Shown: positions 7,359 through 16,004 of the stretch, piece after piece
Numbering within the stretch: position 1 is the first letter of the stretch
Layout of the letters: each line of letters opens with the position of its first letter
Source of the DNA: an uncultured Eubacteriales bacterium
Lineage (GTDB): Bacteria > Bacillota > Clostridia > Oscillospirales > CAG-272
NCBI GenBank assembly: GCA_934434925.1
Contig: CAKSAC010000001.1
Coordinates: forward strand, 20,029-84,028
Reading direction: 5' to 3'
DNA length: 64,000 nucleotides
Notes under the pieces: model-generated
Database searches by the model: none
What the model was told of the DNA's origin: nothing
What the model saw: the letters and a program-made list of their open reading frames with translations, nothing else
Program-made: the position numbers and the translations under genes

Positions 7359-9791
7359 TCAGCCGACCGGGGAAGGGTCCTTTTTCCGGATCGAAAACAC
7401 CGGTTCGCAATCGGCGACCGTTACGCTGATTTCCTCATTGTTTTCCGGCGGGCTTTCCAGAATGATTTCAGAGAGACGGTTCCCGATTTTTTGCGTCAGG
7501 GTACGGCGGAGCGCGCGCGCCCCGAAAGCCGGCGAATACCCCTCCCTGACAAGGTAAGCGGGAACATCGGCGGAAAATACGACGCGGATTCCCTGTTCCG
7601 CGAGGCGCGACGCGGTTTCAGAGAGCAAGAGTTCTGCAATCTGTTCCAGCTCCCGTTTTCCGAGCGGACGGAACCGGATAATCTCATCGATCCGGTTGAT
7701 AAGCTCCGGACGGAAATGTTCCTTCAGAAGCGGCATTCCGTGCGTGTCGTTTTCAGGTTCCGGCGTTTCTCCGACGGAGAAGCCGAGGGGGAGTTCCTGC
7801 CCGGTTCGTCCGGCACCGATATTGGAAGTCAGGATCAGGATTGTGTTACGGAAAGATACAGTCCGCCCCTCTGCGTCTGTCAGAATTCCGTCGTCCAGAA
7901 TCTGGAGAAGGATTCCGTAAATATCGGGATGCGCTTTTTCAATTTCGTCGAACAACACCACAGAATAAGGATGTCTCCTCACCCGTTTGGTGAGTTGACC
8001 GCCTTCGTCGTAGCCGACATATCCGGGCGGGGAACCGACCAGACGTGTGACGGAAAACTTCTCCATGTATTCCGACATATCAAAACGGATCAAGGCCTCT
8101 TCCGAACCGAAAAGAGCCAGGGCCAGCGCTTTTGCCAGCTCGGTTTTGCCGACGCCTGTCTGCCCGAGGAAGAGAAATGACCCGATCGGCCGCCGGGGGT
8201 CGCGGATTCCGCTTTTTGAGCGCCGGATGGCGGAGCAGAGGGCAAAAATCGCCTCAGATTGTCCGATGACACGGGATCCCAGAAGATTTTCAAGTTCCGC
8301 CAGCTTTTCTTTTTCCCGCGTTTTGAGCGTGCTGACCGGGATGCCCGTCATTTCCGAAAGCGTAGCGGCAACGCGTTCGGCGGTGACGGTGTCGCCTTGC
8401 TCTTTCTCTCTTTTGGCGTTTTCCTTTGCGATTTTATCATCAATATCCGCAATCTTATCGCGCCATTCGCATGCCTTTTCATAGGCCTGCGAGAGGACCG
8501 CTTCTTCCTTTTTCTTTTCTAATTCCCGCCGCGTTTTTTCAAGAGAACACCGGGTTTTATCCCCTTCGAGATTTTGCAGGCGAAGCCCGGCTGCCGTTTC
8601 GTCAAGCAGATCGAGAGCTTTGTCGGGCAGATAGCGGTCGGGAACATAGCGTTCCGACAAGCGGATGGCCGCGTCAATTGCGCCGTCGGAGATTTTGAGG
8701 CCGTGATGCGATTCATACTTCGCCCGCAACCCGGTCAGGATCGCGCGCGTCTGCTCTTTTGTAGGTTCTTCGACCGTGATCGGCTGAAAGCGACGTTCCA
8801 GCGCCGCATCCTTTTCGATATGCTTTCTGTATTCCTCGGCGGTCGTTGCGCCGATGACATGAATCTCTCCCCGGGACATCGCCGGCTTCAGAATGTTGGC
8901 GGCATCGATTGCGCCTTCTGCCGCCCCGGCTCCGACAATGGTATGAATTTCATCGATGAAAAGAAGGATACCGTGTGCGGCGCGCAATTGCTCCAGCATA
9001 TTTTTCATCCGTTCCTCGAATTCTCCCCGGTATTTTGCCCCGGCGATCATGGAACCGAGATCGAGGCTGAACAGGAGTTTGCCGCGCAGAGGAGGCGGAA
9101 CCTGTTCCTTGACAATCCGTTCCGCCAACCCTTCCACGACGGCGGTTTTTCCGACTCCGGGTTCGCCGATCAGGCAGGGGTTGTTTTTTTGCCGACGCGA
9201 GAGTACCCGGATTACACGCGCAATCTCTTCTTCGCGACCGATGACGGGATCGAGTTTCCCTTCGGCGGCCATGGCGGTCATATCACGTCCGAACCCTTGC
9301 AGTGCAGGGCAGATTTCCGCAATTTGAACATTGCGTTTTTTGCTCTTTTCGTTTTGCGCATTTTCAAGGATTTCTTCCAGGTCTGACTGTAATTCTTCAC
9401 AGAGAACGCCAAGGGAGGAAAGCAATTTCACCGCGACGCAGTCGCGCGTCCGGAGCAAAGCGAGCAGCAGATGTTCGGTTCCGATCAGCCCAAGCGTTGA
9501 AACGCCGGGGAGCTGCGCGCTATCCCGGAGAATTTTCCGCAGACGGGGGGTCATGTCGGCCGCTCCCGGCGCGGTTCTGTGACCGATCCCCGTAAAACGC
9601 GAGATGGCATCGCGAATTTTGTCGGCATGGATGCCGGCGCTGTCCAGTACCCGTGCGGCCACGCCGTCGCGTTCTGCGGCGAGGCCGAAAAGCAAATGCT
9701 CGGTTCCGATATAAGTATGGCCGAGTTCCGAAGCGGTTTCCTCCGCGCGTTTCAGGGCGGCTTGTGCTTTTGAGGTGAATTTTTGCGTCAA
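7359..9791 (-). CDS. clpC: ATP-dependent Clp protease ATP-binding subunit ClpC (class III stress AAA+ chaperone)
   Basis: 810-aa ORF. Two Clp_N repeats (GTEHLLFGL / GTEHLLLAL), two AAA+ modules (GEPGVGKTA, GQTGVGKTE) and a UVR-like linker. TTG start preceded by AAGGAGAA. Confidence 0.9.
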   Translation of the reverse strand: MTQKFTSKAQAALKRAEETASELGHTYIGTEHLLFGLAAERDGVAARVLDSAGIHADKIRDAISRFTGIGHRTAPGAADMTPRLRKILRDSAQLPGVSTLGLIGTEHLLLALLRTRDCVAVKLLSSLGVLCEELQSDLEEILENAQNEKSKKRNVQIAEICPALQGFGRDMTAMAAEGKLDPVIGREEEIARVIRVLSRRQKNNPCLIGEPGVGKTAVVEGLAERIVKEQVPPPLRGKLLFSLDLGSMIAGAKYRGEFEERMKNMLEQLRAAHGILLFIDEIHTIVGAGAAEGAIDAANILKPAMSRGEIHVIGATTAEEYRKHIEKDAALERRFQPITVEEPTKEQTRAILTGLRAKYESHHGLKISDGAIDAAIRLSERYVPDRYLPDKALDLLDETAAGLRLQNLEGDKTRCSLEKTRRELEKKKEEAVLSQAYEKACEWRDKIADIDDKIAKENAKREKEQGDTVTAERVAATLSEMTGIPVSTLKTREKEKLAELENLLGSRVIGQSEAIFALCSAIRRSKSGIRDPRRPIGSFLFLGQTGVGKTELAKALALALFGSEEALIRFDMSEYMEKFSVTRLVGSPPGYVGYDEGGQLTKRVRRHPYSVVLFDEIEKAHPDIYGILLQILDDGILTDAEGRTVSFRNTILILTSNIGAGRTGQELPLGFSVGETPEPENDTHGMPLLKEHFRPELINRIDEIIRFRPLGKRELEQIAELLLSETASRLAEQGIRVVFSADVPAYLVREGYSPAFGARALRRTLTQKIGNRLSEIILESPPENNEEISVTVADCEPVFSIRKKDPSPVG

Positions 9792-9848
9792 GGCCTGTTC
9801 TCCTTCTCGTTCATTTTGCTTATTCTTGACACGATTTTTTTCCTCTAT

Positions 9849-10394
9849 TCACTCGGCCGGGGCGCGTTCCGGCTTTTCGTTATACCGGATGCAATCCGGG
9901 TATCCGTAATCACGGAGCAGTTTGGCGTACAGAACGGCGCTGACTTCGCCGCTCTTCGGCAGGGCGTAGATTTTCTCGATAGCCGAAACGAGTGCGGCGG
10001 TGGTATATGTAAAAATCCCGTTCACATCGGTATGCAGGCCAATCCGGTAGCGATCCGCCAGCACATTCAGCATCTTCTGTAAAAGCCGTACGCCCTCTCC
10101 GCGGCTTCCGGACCGGACGGGGAAGGCGGTATCCGGCGGAATACAGGGCTTTCCGCTTCGTTCGTCGTATACGTGCCGATAAGCGCGGTGCAGGGCCGTC
10201 CAGGTTTCATAATCCACTTTTCCCGTCACGGGCAGGGAGGACTGTTCCTGAAAGAGCGAAACGGCCGCGCGGGTCTTTTCGCCGTATCTTCCGTCAACGC
10301 GTATGGCGGGGAGGTTCGCTCCGCTGTGATGGAGTTCGAGCAGGCAGACCTGTATCTGTCGGATCGCGTCTTGTTCGTTGATGGCTGTATTCAT
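9849..10394 (-). CDS. Peptidoglycan-binding (PG_binding_1 x2) protein
   Basis: 181-aa ORF with two repeats of the VDG.YG..T..AV..FQ....L...G.V...TW pattern. GGAG RBS. Lies 7 nt after the upstream gene's stop. Confidence 0.7.
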   Translation of the reverse strand: MNTAINEQDAIRQIQVCLLELHHSGANLPAIRVDGRYGEKTRAAVSLFQEQSSLPVTGKVDYETWTALHRAYRHVYDERSGKPCIPPDTAFPVRSGSRGEGVRLLQKMLNVLADRYRIGLHTDVNGIFTYTTAALVSAIEKIYALPKSGEVSAVLYAKLLRDYGYPDCIRYNEKPERAPAE

Positions 10395-10401
10395 ATTTCT
10401 C

Positions 10402-11802
10402 CTAACCGATGATATATCCCGGATATTGACCGGGATTTATCCGGCTTCCGAGATAGAGATCTTCGTAAACGGTGGTGATGATGTTCCAAGCGGCCGCGCC
10501 GACCACGCCGGCAGGGAGCGACGGAGCAAAAATGCGCTGAAACGCGATGACGGCGGCCTCGGTTCCGGGGCCGAACACACCGTCTGTTTCCGGTGCGGGA
10601 ATCTCGGGATAGAATTCGGCGATAAAGGAAAGGTATTCTTGCAACAAAAGCACATCCTCGCCGGAGTCACCGAGGGTCAGCGTGGTGCCGGGAAAGGGAA
10701 GCGTATTCCCTTCCGTATAAATCAGCGGGATAGAGGAGACCATCCCGAGATAAGTATTATAGAGGACATCCCATGTTTCCGGACCTACAATGCCGTCCGG
10801 GTCCAATCCGTATGCTTTCTGAAAAGCCAGAACCGCCTCGCGCGTCCGCGGGCCGAAATCTCCGTCAATCGCAACCGAAGGAACGGTGCTGACGAATTGG
10901 GCGATATAATTCAGATAATATTGCAGTACGCGAACGCCGGTTCCTTTTTCCCCTTCGGCAAGCACATCCGGATAAGAAGAGGGAAGCTCTTCGATTTTCA
11001 GCCCTTCGGAATTCAGATCGCTGAGTCTTTTCACTCCGTCGTAGATATAGAGAATCTCATACCAGGTCGTTCGCCCGACCACCCCGTCCTCCGTAAGGCC
11101 GAACAAACGCTGAAACGTGCGCACGGCGGTTTCCGTATCGCTGTTGAAGATGCCGTTTATCGGGTAGAGTTTCGGTATTTCCGGGAAGTTGGTGGAGATC
11201 CGGTTCAACCGCACTTTGATCAGCTGCACGTTGTTTCCGACGCTGCCGCGCCGCAGGGGGATTTTCGGAGCGCTGCCATCGCGGTTCTTGACAGGAACAT
11301 CGGTCATAATCTCAATATCGTTTCCGTAATATGACCGCAGTATTTGCAACGGCGAAAGACCGTTCTCCGCCAGCGAGACGCTCCCCCATTGGGAAAGACC
11401 GTCGCAACTGACCCGGATTCCGTCACAGTAAGCGGCAAAAAGCGGCTCTACGCGTCCTTTCCGACGGATGTAGGTGTCAAAGATTTCATCGACGATATGC
11501 GAGACGTTTTCAAAAAAGTTTCTTCCGTCCACATAGGCCTGATCAAAGGCCGTCAGATTCGTGATCTGGAAGTTGTAGCCCTGGCTGTAATAAAACTCGG
11601 TGTATACCCGGTTCAGCGCATAGGAGATCTGTGCGTGGATATTGGCGCGCAGGGAATTCTCCGGCCAGGTGGGGAACACTTCGCTCGACGCCACGTTTTT
11701 GATGTAATCCGGGAAGGAGACGGTGACATTGGCCGCGTCCGCGCTGGGGGCGCCGAGATGCACGGTGATAGTGGACGGGATGTAAGGCAAAAGATCAGGC
11801 AT
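10402..11802 (-). CDS. SpoIID/LytB-like domain + 3x PG_binding_1 protein; putative SleC-like spore cortex-lytic enzyme
   Basis: 466-aa ORF. The N-terminal ~190 aa resemble the SpoIID/LytB fold signature (DYIKNVASSEV.P.WP..SLRANIHAQISYALNR...CDG). Three PG-binding repeats follow. The SleC-like call is from memory of that architecture. Confidence 0.55.
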   Translation of the reverse strand: MPDLLPYIPSTITVHLGAPSADAANVTVSFPDYIKNVASSEVFPTWPENSLRANIHAQISYALNRVYTEFYYSQGYNFQITNLTAFDQAYVDGRNFFENVSHIVDEIFDTYIRRKGRVEPLFAAYCDGIRVSCDGLSQWGSVSLAENGLSPLQILRSYYGNDIEIMTDVPVKNRDGSAPKIPLRRGSVGNNVQLIKVRLNRISTNFPEIPKLYPINGIFNSDTETAVRTFQRLFGLTEDGVVGRTTWYEILYIYDGVKRLSDLNSEGLKIEELPSSYPDVLAEGEKGTGVRVLQYYLNYIAQFVSTVPSVAIDGDFGPRTREAVLAFQKAYGLDPDGIVGPETWDVLYNTYLGMVSSIPLIYTEGNTLPFPGTTLTLGDSGEDVLLLQEYLSFIAEFYPEIPAPETDGVFGPGTEAAVIAFQRIFAPSLPAGVVGAAAWNIITTVYEDLYLGSRINPGQYPGYIIG

Positions 11803-12247
11803 TGCGTTCCTCCGACAGAATAGACGGTTCCTGGTTCACAATCAGCAGTTCGTCGATCGGCCGGTTCCCGGCCGGGTCGTATTCGGGATGCGGAATCATA
11901 TCGATCCGCTGAACCGAGGTCACGGTAGGAAAGATCGGCAGATTCAAAAAGGTATTGACATAAAAACCCTCTTTGAAGACTTGCAGGTTATATCGCAGGT
12001 ACCCCGGCGGATTTCCGGGAGAACGGGAGAGGGAAATCGGCGGGGCCGGGAGAGCGATTTTCGCAGTCATTCCGCTTTGGTCGCTTGTAATCAGAAAGAA
12101 GATTTCCCGGTTGGCTTCTTCGGCTCCGTTGATACGGACATCGGCTCCTTCCAGCGGAAAGAATCCTCCCGCCGTGCGGACAATGGCGATAAGATAGCCG
12201 GGTTCCTCTCCGACAGCGGGCACTGCGGGGATCACATTTTCAGGCAT
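11795..12247 (-). CDS. Hypothetical protein, first gene of the putative cortex-lytic operon
   Basis: Internal ATG at 12245-12247 is preceded by GGAGG. The stop overlaps the next gene's start by 8 nt (ATGCCTGA). The longer ORF-track version (to 12799) runs through the prs promoter and coding region and is rejected. Confidence 0.5.
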   Translation of the reverse strand: MPENVIPAVPAVGEEPGYLIAIVRTAGGFFPLEGADVRINGAEEANREIFFLITSDQSGMTAKIALPAPPISLSRSPGNPPGYLRYNLQVFKEGFYVNTFLNLPIFPTVTSVQRIDMIPHPEYDPAGNRPIDELLIVNQEPSILSEERNA

Positions 12248-12357
12248 GGCGCATCCTCCGGTAAAAGATAGTACAGTATATGCCGGAAAGAGGCGGCGGG
12301 TGCCTGATACCGAAAAGAAAGCATTCGGAAAAAGGTCGTTTTTCGTCCGGTCTGCTC

Positions 12358-12386
12358 TTGACAAGTCGGAATTCATCCGATATAAT
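12358..12386 (+). promoter_or_regulatory. Consensus sigma-A promoter of prs
   Basis: TTGACA (12358-12363), 17-nt spacer, TATAAT (12381-12386). Confidence 0.7.
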
Positions 12387-12424
12387 TGATATGCAAATCG
12401 AATCATTACGGGGGACGTTTGAAT

Positions 12425-13546
12425 ATGAAAGAAAGTGCATACGGAGATCTCAGCCTCATCGCGATGCGCGGATGTGAAGAATTCGTGGAACAGGTGGATT
12501 CCTATATTCAGGAATGGCGCCGGCATGACAGTGAAGGAACTTTCATCGCGGAAGCGACCTGCCCGCGTTTCGGTAGCGGGGAAGGAAAGGGGCTGATCCG
12601 GGATTCCATGAGGAACCGTGATGTCTACATTATTTCGGATGTTTTCAACCACGGCGTGACCTTTAATATGTACGGCCATACGGTACCGATGAGTCCGGAC
12701 GATCACTTTCAGGACATCAAGCGGATTATCGGGGCGGTCGGCGGCAAGGCAAAACGCATTACGGTCGTGATGCCGATGCTGTATGAAGGCCGTCAGCACA
12801 AGCGCACCAGCCGCGAGTCTCTCGACTGCGCGATTGCGTTACAGGAACTTTCCCGTATGGGCGTTTCCAATTTCATCACCTTTGACGTACACGATACCCG
12901 GGTGCAGAATGCCATCCCGCTTTGCAGTTTCGACAACTTCCGCTCCACCTATCAGATGATCAAGGCGCTGGTGGCGGAATATCCGGACATTGATTTTGAC
13001 AAAGAAAAGATTATGATCGTCTCCCCGGACGAAGGCGCGATGGGGCGTTGCATGTATTATTCCTCCATGCTCGGGCTGGATCTCGGTACGTTCTATAAGC
13101 GCCGCAATTATTCGGTCATCATCGACGGGAAAAACCCGATTGAAGCGCATGAATATCTCGGCCATAACCCGAACGGCATGGACGTAATTGTGGTGGACGA
13201 TATGATCTCGTCCGGTGAATCGATGATCGATGTCGCCACGCAGCTCAAAGAACGCGGCGCAAACCGGATTTTCATCTTCACGGCTTTCGGTCTGTTTTGC
13301 AACGGACTTTCTCTGATGGACAAGGCATATGAAGAGGGCCTCTTTACCCGGATCATGACGACCAACCTGATTTACCGCACGCCGGAACTTCTTTCACGCC
13401 AGTGGTATCATGAGGTCAATATGTGTAAGTATGTCGCGTATATCATCGATACGTTGAACCATGATCAGAGCGTTTCCGGTCTGCTTGACCAGTCTAAACG
13501 GATCCGCAAACTGATTACGGAACATAATCGGAAAATGGGAAAATAA
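12425..13546 (+). CDS. prs: Ribose-phosphate pyrophosphokinase (PRPP synthetase family)
   Basis: 373 aa counted from the ATG at 12425 (in frame with the ORF track). PRPP-binding loop VVDDMISSGES and an N-terminal Pribosyltran_N-like region. Confidence 0.88.
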   Translation: MKESAYGDLSLIAMRGCEEFVEQVDSYIQEWRRHDSEGTFIAEATCPRFGSGEGKGLIRDSMRNRDVYIISDVFNHGVTFNMYGHTVPMSPDDHFQDIKRIIGAVGGKAKRITVVMPMLYEGRQHKRTSRESLDCAIALQELSRMGVSNFITFDVHDTRVQNAIPLCSFDNFRSTYQMIKALVAEYPDIDFDKEKIMIVSPDEGAMGRCMYYSSMLGLDLGTFYKRRNYSVIIDGKNPIEAHEYLGHNPNGMDVIVVDDMISSGESMIDVATQLKERGANRIFIFTAFGLFCNGLSLMDKAYEEGLFTRIMTTNLIYRTPELLSRQWYHEVNMCKYVAYIIDTLNHDQSVSGLLDQSKRIRKLITEHNRKMGK

Positions 13547-13587
13547 TCCCCGCGGGCTGTTATTTCGGAAAACGCGCGCCGGTTTGT

Positions 13588-13660
13588 CGGTTCTTGCTTT
13601 TTGGTTTCCCGGCTCCTGCTTTTTTGGGTTCCCGGTTCTTGCTTTTTGGTTTCCCGGCTC
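13588..13660. repeat. 45-bp direct repeat x2 (with internal ~22-bp sub-periodicity)
   Basis: CGGTTCTTGCTTTTTGGTTTCCCGGCTC occurs at 13588-13615 and 13633-13660. The spacer CTGCTTTTTTGGGTTCC is a degenerate third copy of the TTGCTTTTTGGTTTCCCGG core. Confidence 0.8.
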
Positions 13661-13685
13661 TTCCGACGGCCGCAATAGGACATAA

Positions 13686-13746
13686 AAAAGGTCTGCACTT
13701 TCTCTCGTTCGCACCGATACCGAGGAATGCAGACCTTTTCTTTTTA
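13686..13746. terminator. Long imperfect hairpin with flanking A/T runs (bidirectional terminator candidate, prs / M20 peptidase)
   Basis: AAAAGGTCTGCA (13686-13697) pairs with TGCAGACCTTTT (13728-13739). Inner pairing TCTCG/CGAGG. Followed by CTTTTTAT. Confidence 0.55.
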
Positions 13747-13867
13747 TCCGGACGGCCGGGTTCTGTACCGGGGCCTCTTTTTATCCCTTCACCCGTCCTT
13801 GCGCTCCGGAGACGTAAAACGCCGGTTTCAGCCGCAAAAGAAGCCGGCATACCGGGCATCCTTGCAA

Positions 13868-15013
13868 TCAACCACGGGAGGCAAACAAGGCAAGCAATTT
13901 TGCCCGTTTGGCAAGCGTTTCCGTGAAGATGAACTCTCCGGCCGTGTGACATCCGCCACCGGAAGGACCCAGGCCGCAAAGAGAAGGAACCCCCGCCAGT
14001 TGTGTGTAACAGGAATCCGATCCGCCGCCGGATTCTACCGGCGTTAAGGTTCCGAGACCATATTGCAGAGAAAGCGTCTGCATTTTTCGGAAAAGTTCCA
14101 TCGTGGCTTCGGTTTTTTCCATCGGCGGTCGCGCGCTGACGCGCGTCAGGACAGAGGAGGTTCCCGGAAGGAAGGCGGTATTCGTGATTTCCTCAGCCGT
14201 TTTTTCAGCCGTTTTCATTTCGGCAAGAGTCGGTACGCGGATATCCAGGGTGAAAGAACAGGTTTGAGGGATGATATTTCCGACCGTGCCGGCATGGATA
14301 ATATTACAACTGTATGTCGAACCGGACTTCCGGCTTTTTTCTTCCAAGGCGAGAATCTTGTGCGCGGCCTCTGCAATCGGGTTCCGACAGTCAAAATAAT
14401 GAATACCGGAATGTCCCGATATGCCCGTAATATCAATCCGATAGCGCAAAATCCCTTTGCGGGATACAACGACCTGATCGTTTTCTGTCACTTCGCAGTT
14501 GAGCGCGCAAGGGAACCCGGCCGATTGCGTGCGGAAAAAGTCCTGTTCCTGCTCCCCGCCCAGTATGTTGGAGATTTCTTCATCCGAGGTGAGCAGGAGG
14601 CGGATATGCTTTTCAAACCCGCAGTCACGGAGCGCGCGCATCATAAGGAGCGCTACGGCGATCCCTCCTTTGCAGTCGTTGACCCCGGGGCCGAAAATCC
14701 TCTTTTCATCGCGTGAAACAGGCGGATCTCCGAAGATTCCTTTCTCATGTACCGTGTCCATATGTGCGAGAAGCAGGCAGGCTCTTTCGGCTCCCGGGTT
14801 CAGATCAACGGTCAGAAAATCGCCGCATTGCGCAAATTGAAAGCGTGTGACCTGGAATCCTTCCCGCCGGGCGAAATTTTCAATAAAACCGGCCAATTCG
14901 TCCAGCGTCGCCTTGTCCGCCGCTTTTGCTTCAAAGCCGCAGATCGTACACAGAAAATCAAGGTAACGTTCTTGATGCAGTTCAACAGACCGCATGATTT
15001 CTTTCGGTTCCAT
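13868..15013 (-). CDS. M20-family metallopeptidase (carboxypeptidase G2 / glutamate carboxypeptidase-like)
   Basis: Metal-ligand motifs LAHMDTVH, DCKGG and SDEE. Start set to the ATG at 15011-15013, preceded by GGAGA. The ORF-track start at 15064 lies inside the upstream terminator. Confidence 0.8.
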   Translation of the reverse strand: MEPKEIMRSVELHQERYLDFLCTICGFEAKAADKATLDELAGFIENFARREGFQVTRFQFAQCGDFLTVDLNPGAERACLLLAHMDTVHEKGIFGDPPVSRDEKRIFGPGVNDCKGGIAVALLMMRALRDCGFEKHIRLLLTSDEEISNILGGEQEQDFFRTQSAGFPCALNCEVTENDQVVVSRKGILRYRIDITGISGHSGIHYFDCRNPIAEAAHKILALEEKSRKSGSTYSCNIIHAGTVGNIIPQTCSFTLDIRVPTLAEMKTAEKTAEEITNTAFLPGTSSVLTRVSARPPMEKTEATMELFRKMQTLSLQYGLGTLTPVESGGGSDSCYTQLAGVPSLCGLGPSGGGCHTAGEFIFTETLAKRAKLLALFASRG

Positions 15014-15061
15014 ACGTCTCCTCTTTATATGTTTTGTCTTGTATATTTCGTGGGGCCTGAG

Positions 15062-15086
15062 CAAAAAGGCGGCCGCGCGGCCGCCT
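15062..15086 (-). terminator. Intrinsic terminator after the response-regulator gene
   Basis: GC palindrome AGGCGGCCGCGCGGCCGCCT (15067-15086), followed on the minus strand by TTTTT. Confidence 0.7.
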
Positions 15087-15096
15087 CTTTCACCAA

Positions 15097-15786
15097 TTAT
15101 TGCAGGGTTTCAAATTTATAACCGACGCCCCACACGGTTTTCAGCGTCCATTTGTCGGAAACGCCTTCCAGCTTTTCCCGCAGACGCTTGATATGCACAT
15201 CCACGGTGCGGCTGTCTCCGTAATATTCAAACCCCCACACCTTGTCCAGCAACTGGTCGCGGGTGTATACAATATTGCAATGCGAGGCAAGGAAGTAGAG
15301 AAGTTCTAATTCCTTCGGCGGAATGTCGATCGGCTTATCTTTGATTTTCAGTTCATATTTCTGGCGGCTGATTTCAATGTTTTCAAAGCGCACAACCTCT
15401 TCGCCGGTACTGCTGTGCGCGTTGCAACGCCGCAAAATCGCCTTGACTCTGGCGGAAAGCTCGTTCAGGTCAAAGGGTTTGATGACAAAATCATCCGCCC
15501 CGAGTTCCAGCCCCAGCACTTTATCAAAGACTTCGCCTTTTGCCGTTACCATGATGATCGGTTTTTGCGAAATCTCCCGGATTTCTCTGCATACCTGGCG
15601 ACCGTCTTTTTTCGGCATCATGATGTCGAGCAGAACAATATCGGGGTCAAACGCCCGGAAGGTATTGAGAGCCTCCACCCCGTCATAGGCGAGTTTTACC
15701 TTATACCCTTCGTTCTCAAAATAGAGGCGCATCATATCGCAGATGTTGACATCATCATCCACAATCAACAGTTTTGTATCGGTCAT
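15097..15786 (-). CDS. OmpR/PhoB-family response regulator (no adjacent histidine kinase)
   Basis: 229-aa ORF. Receiver domain (DDD...D at LLDIMMP...K) plus a winged-helix trans_reg_C C-terminus (RTVDVHIKRLREKL...WGVGY). Confidence 0.9.
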   Translation of the reverse strand: MTDTKLLIVDDDVNICDMMRLYFENEGYKVKLAYDGVEALNTFRAFDPDIVLLDIMMPKKDGRQVCREIREISQKPIIMVTAKGEVFDKVLGLELGADDFVIKPFDLNELSARVKAILRRCNAHSSTGEEVVRFENIEISRQKYELKIKDKPIDIPPKELELLYFLASHCNIVYTRDQLLDKVWGFEYYGDSRTVDVHIKRLREKLEGVSDKWTLKTVWGVGYKFETLQ

Positions 15787-15931
15787 ATCAAACCCCTTTC
15801 CGTATCGCAGGTCACAACAAAGCGCGTATACTTTTTGTTAAAGTATACCACAAAAGCAAACGACTGTCAAGAAAGACCCGGAGAAAAGCAGGTGAAGAAA
15901 CGGTGAATTTTTCGCTTTTTCCCGAAAAGGC

Positions 15932-15960
15932 TGGACAAAAGCGGGGAAATATGCTATACT
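15932..15960 (+). promoter_or_regulatory. Sigma-A-type promoter of ychF
   Basis: TGGACA (15932-15937), 17-nt spacer, TATACT (15955-15960). Confidence 0.55.
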
Positions 15961-16004
15961 CACCGATATATAAGACAGAATATACAGGATCGGAAGAGAA
16001 AAAC

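Noticed and set aside
6846-7557. Three overlapping ORFs (85, 116, 149 aa) starting MYCV(R/H)NRFFAKRKEQPFVEIWREKALASKLF
   Set aside because: They start at the same phase of each 131-bp repeat copy (6846, 6977, 7108) with TTG starts and no RBS. The sequence identity is a by-product of the DNA repeat. The period of 131 is not a multiple of 3, so there is no consistent reading frame across units.
9792-9848. CtsR operator upstream of clpC
   Set aside because: Only a degenerate GTCAAGAATAAGCAAAA is present, against the tandem heptad consensus GGTCAAA-NAN-GGTCAAA. No ctsR/mcsA/mcsB genes lie upstream. The match is too weak to call.
11795-12799. 334-aa version of the first gene of the PG-binding operon
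   Set aside because: The upstream 183 codons run antisense through the prs promoter and the prs 5' coding region. A GGAGG-ATG at 12245-12247 gives a compact 150-aa gene instead.
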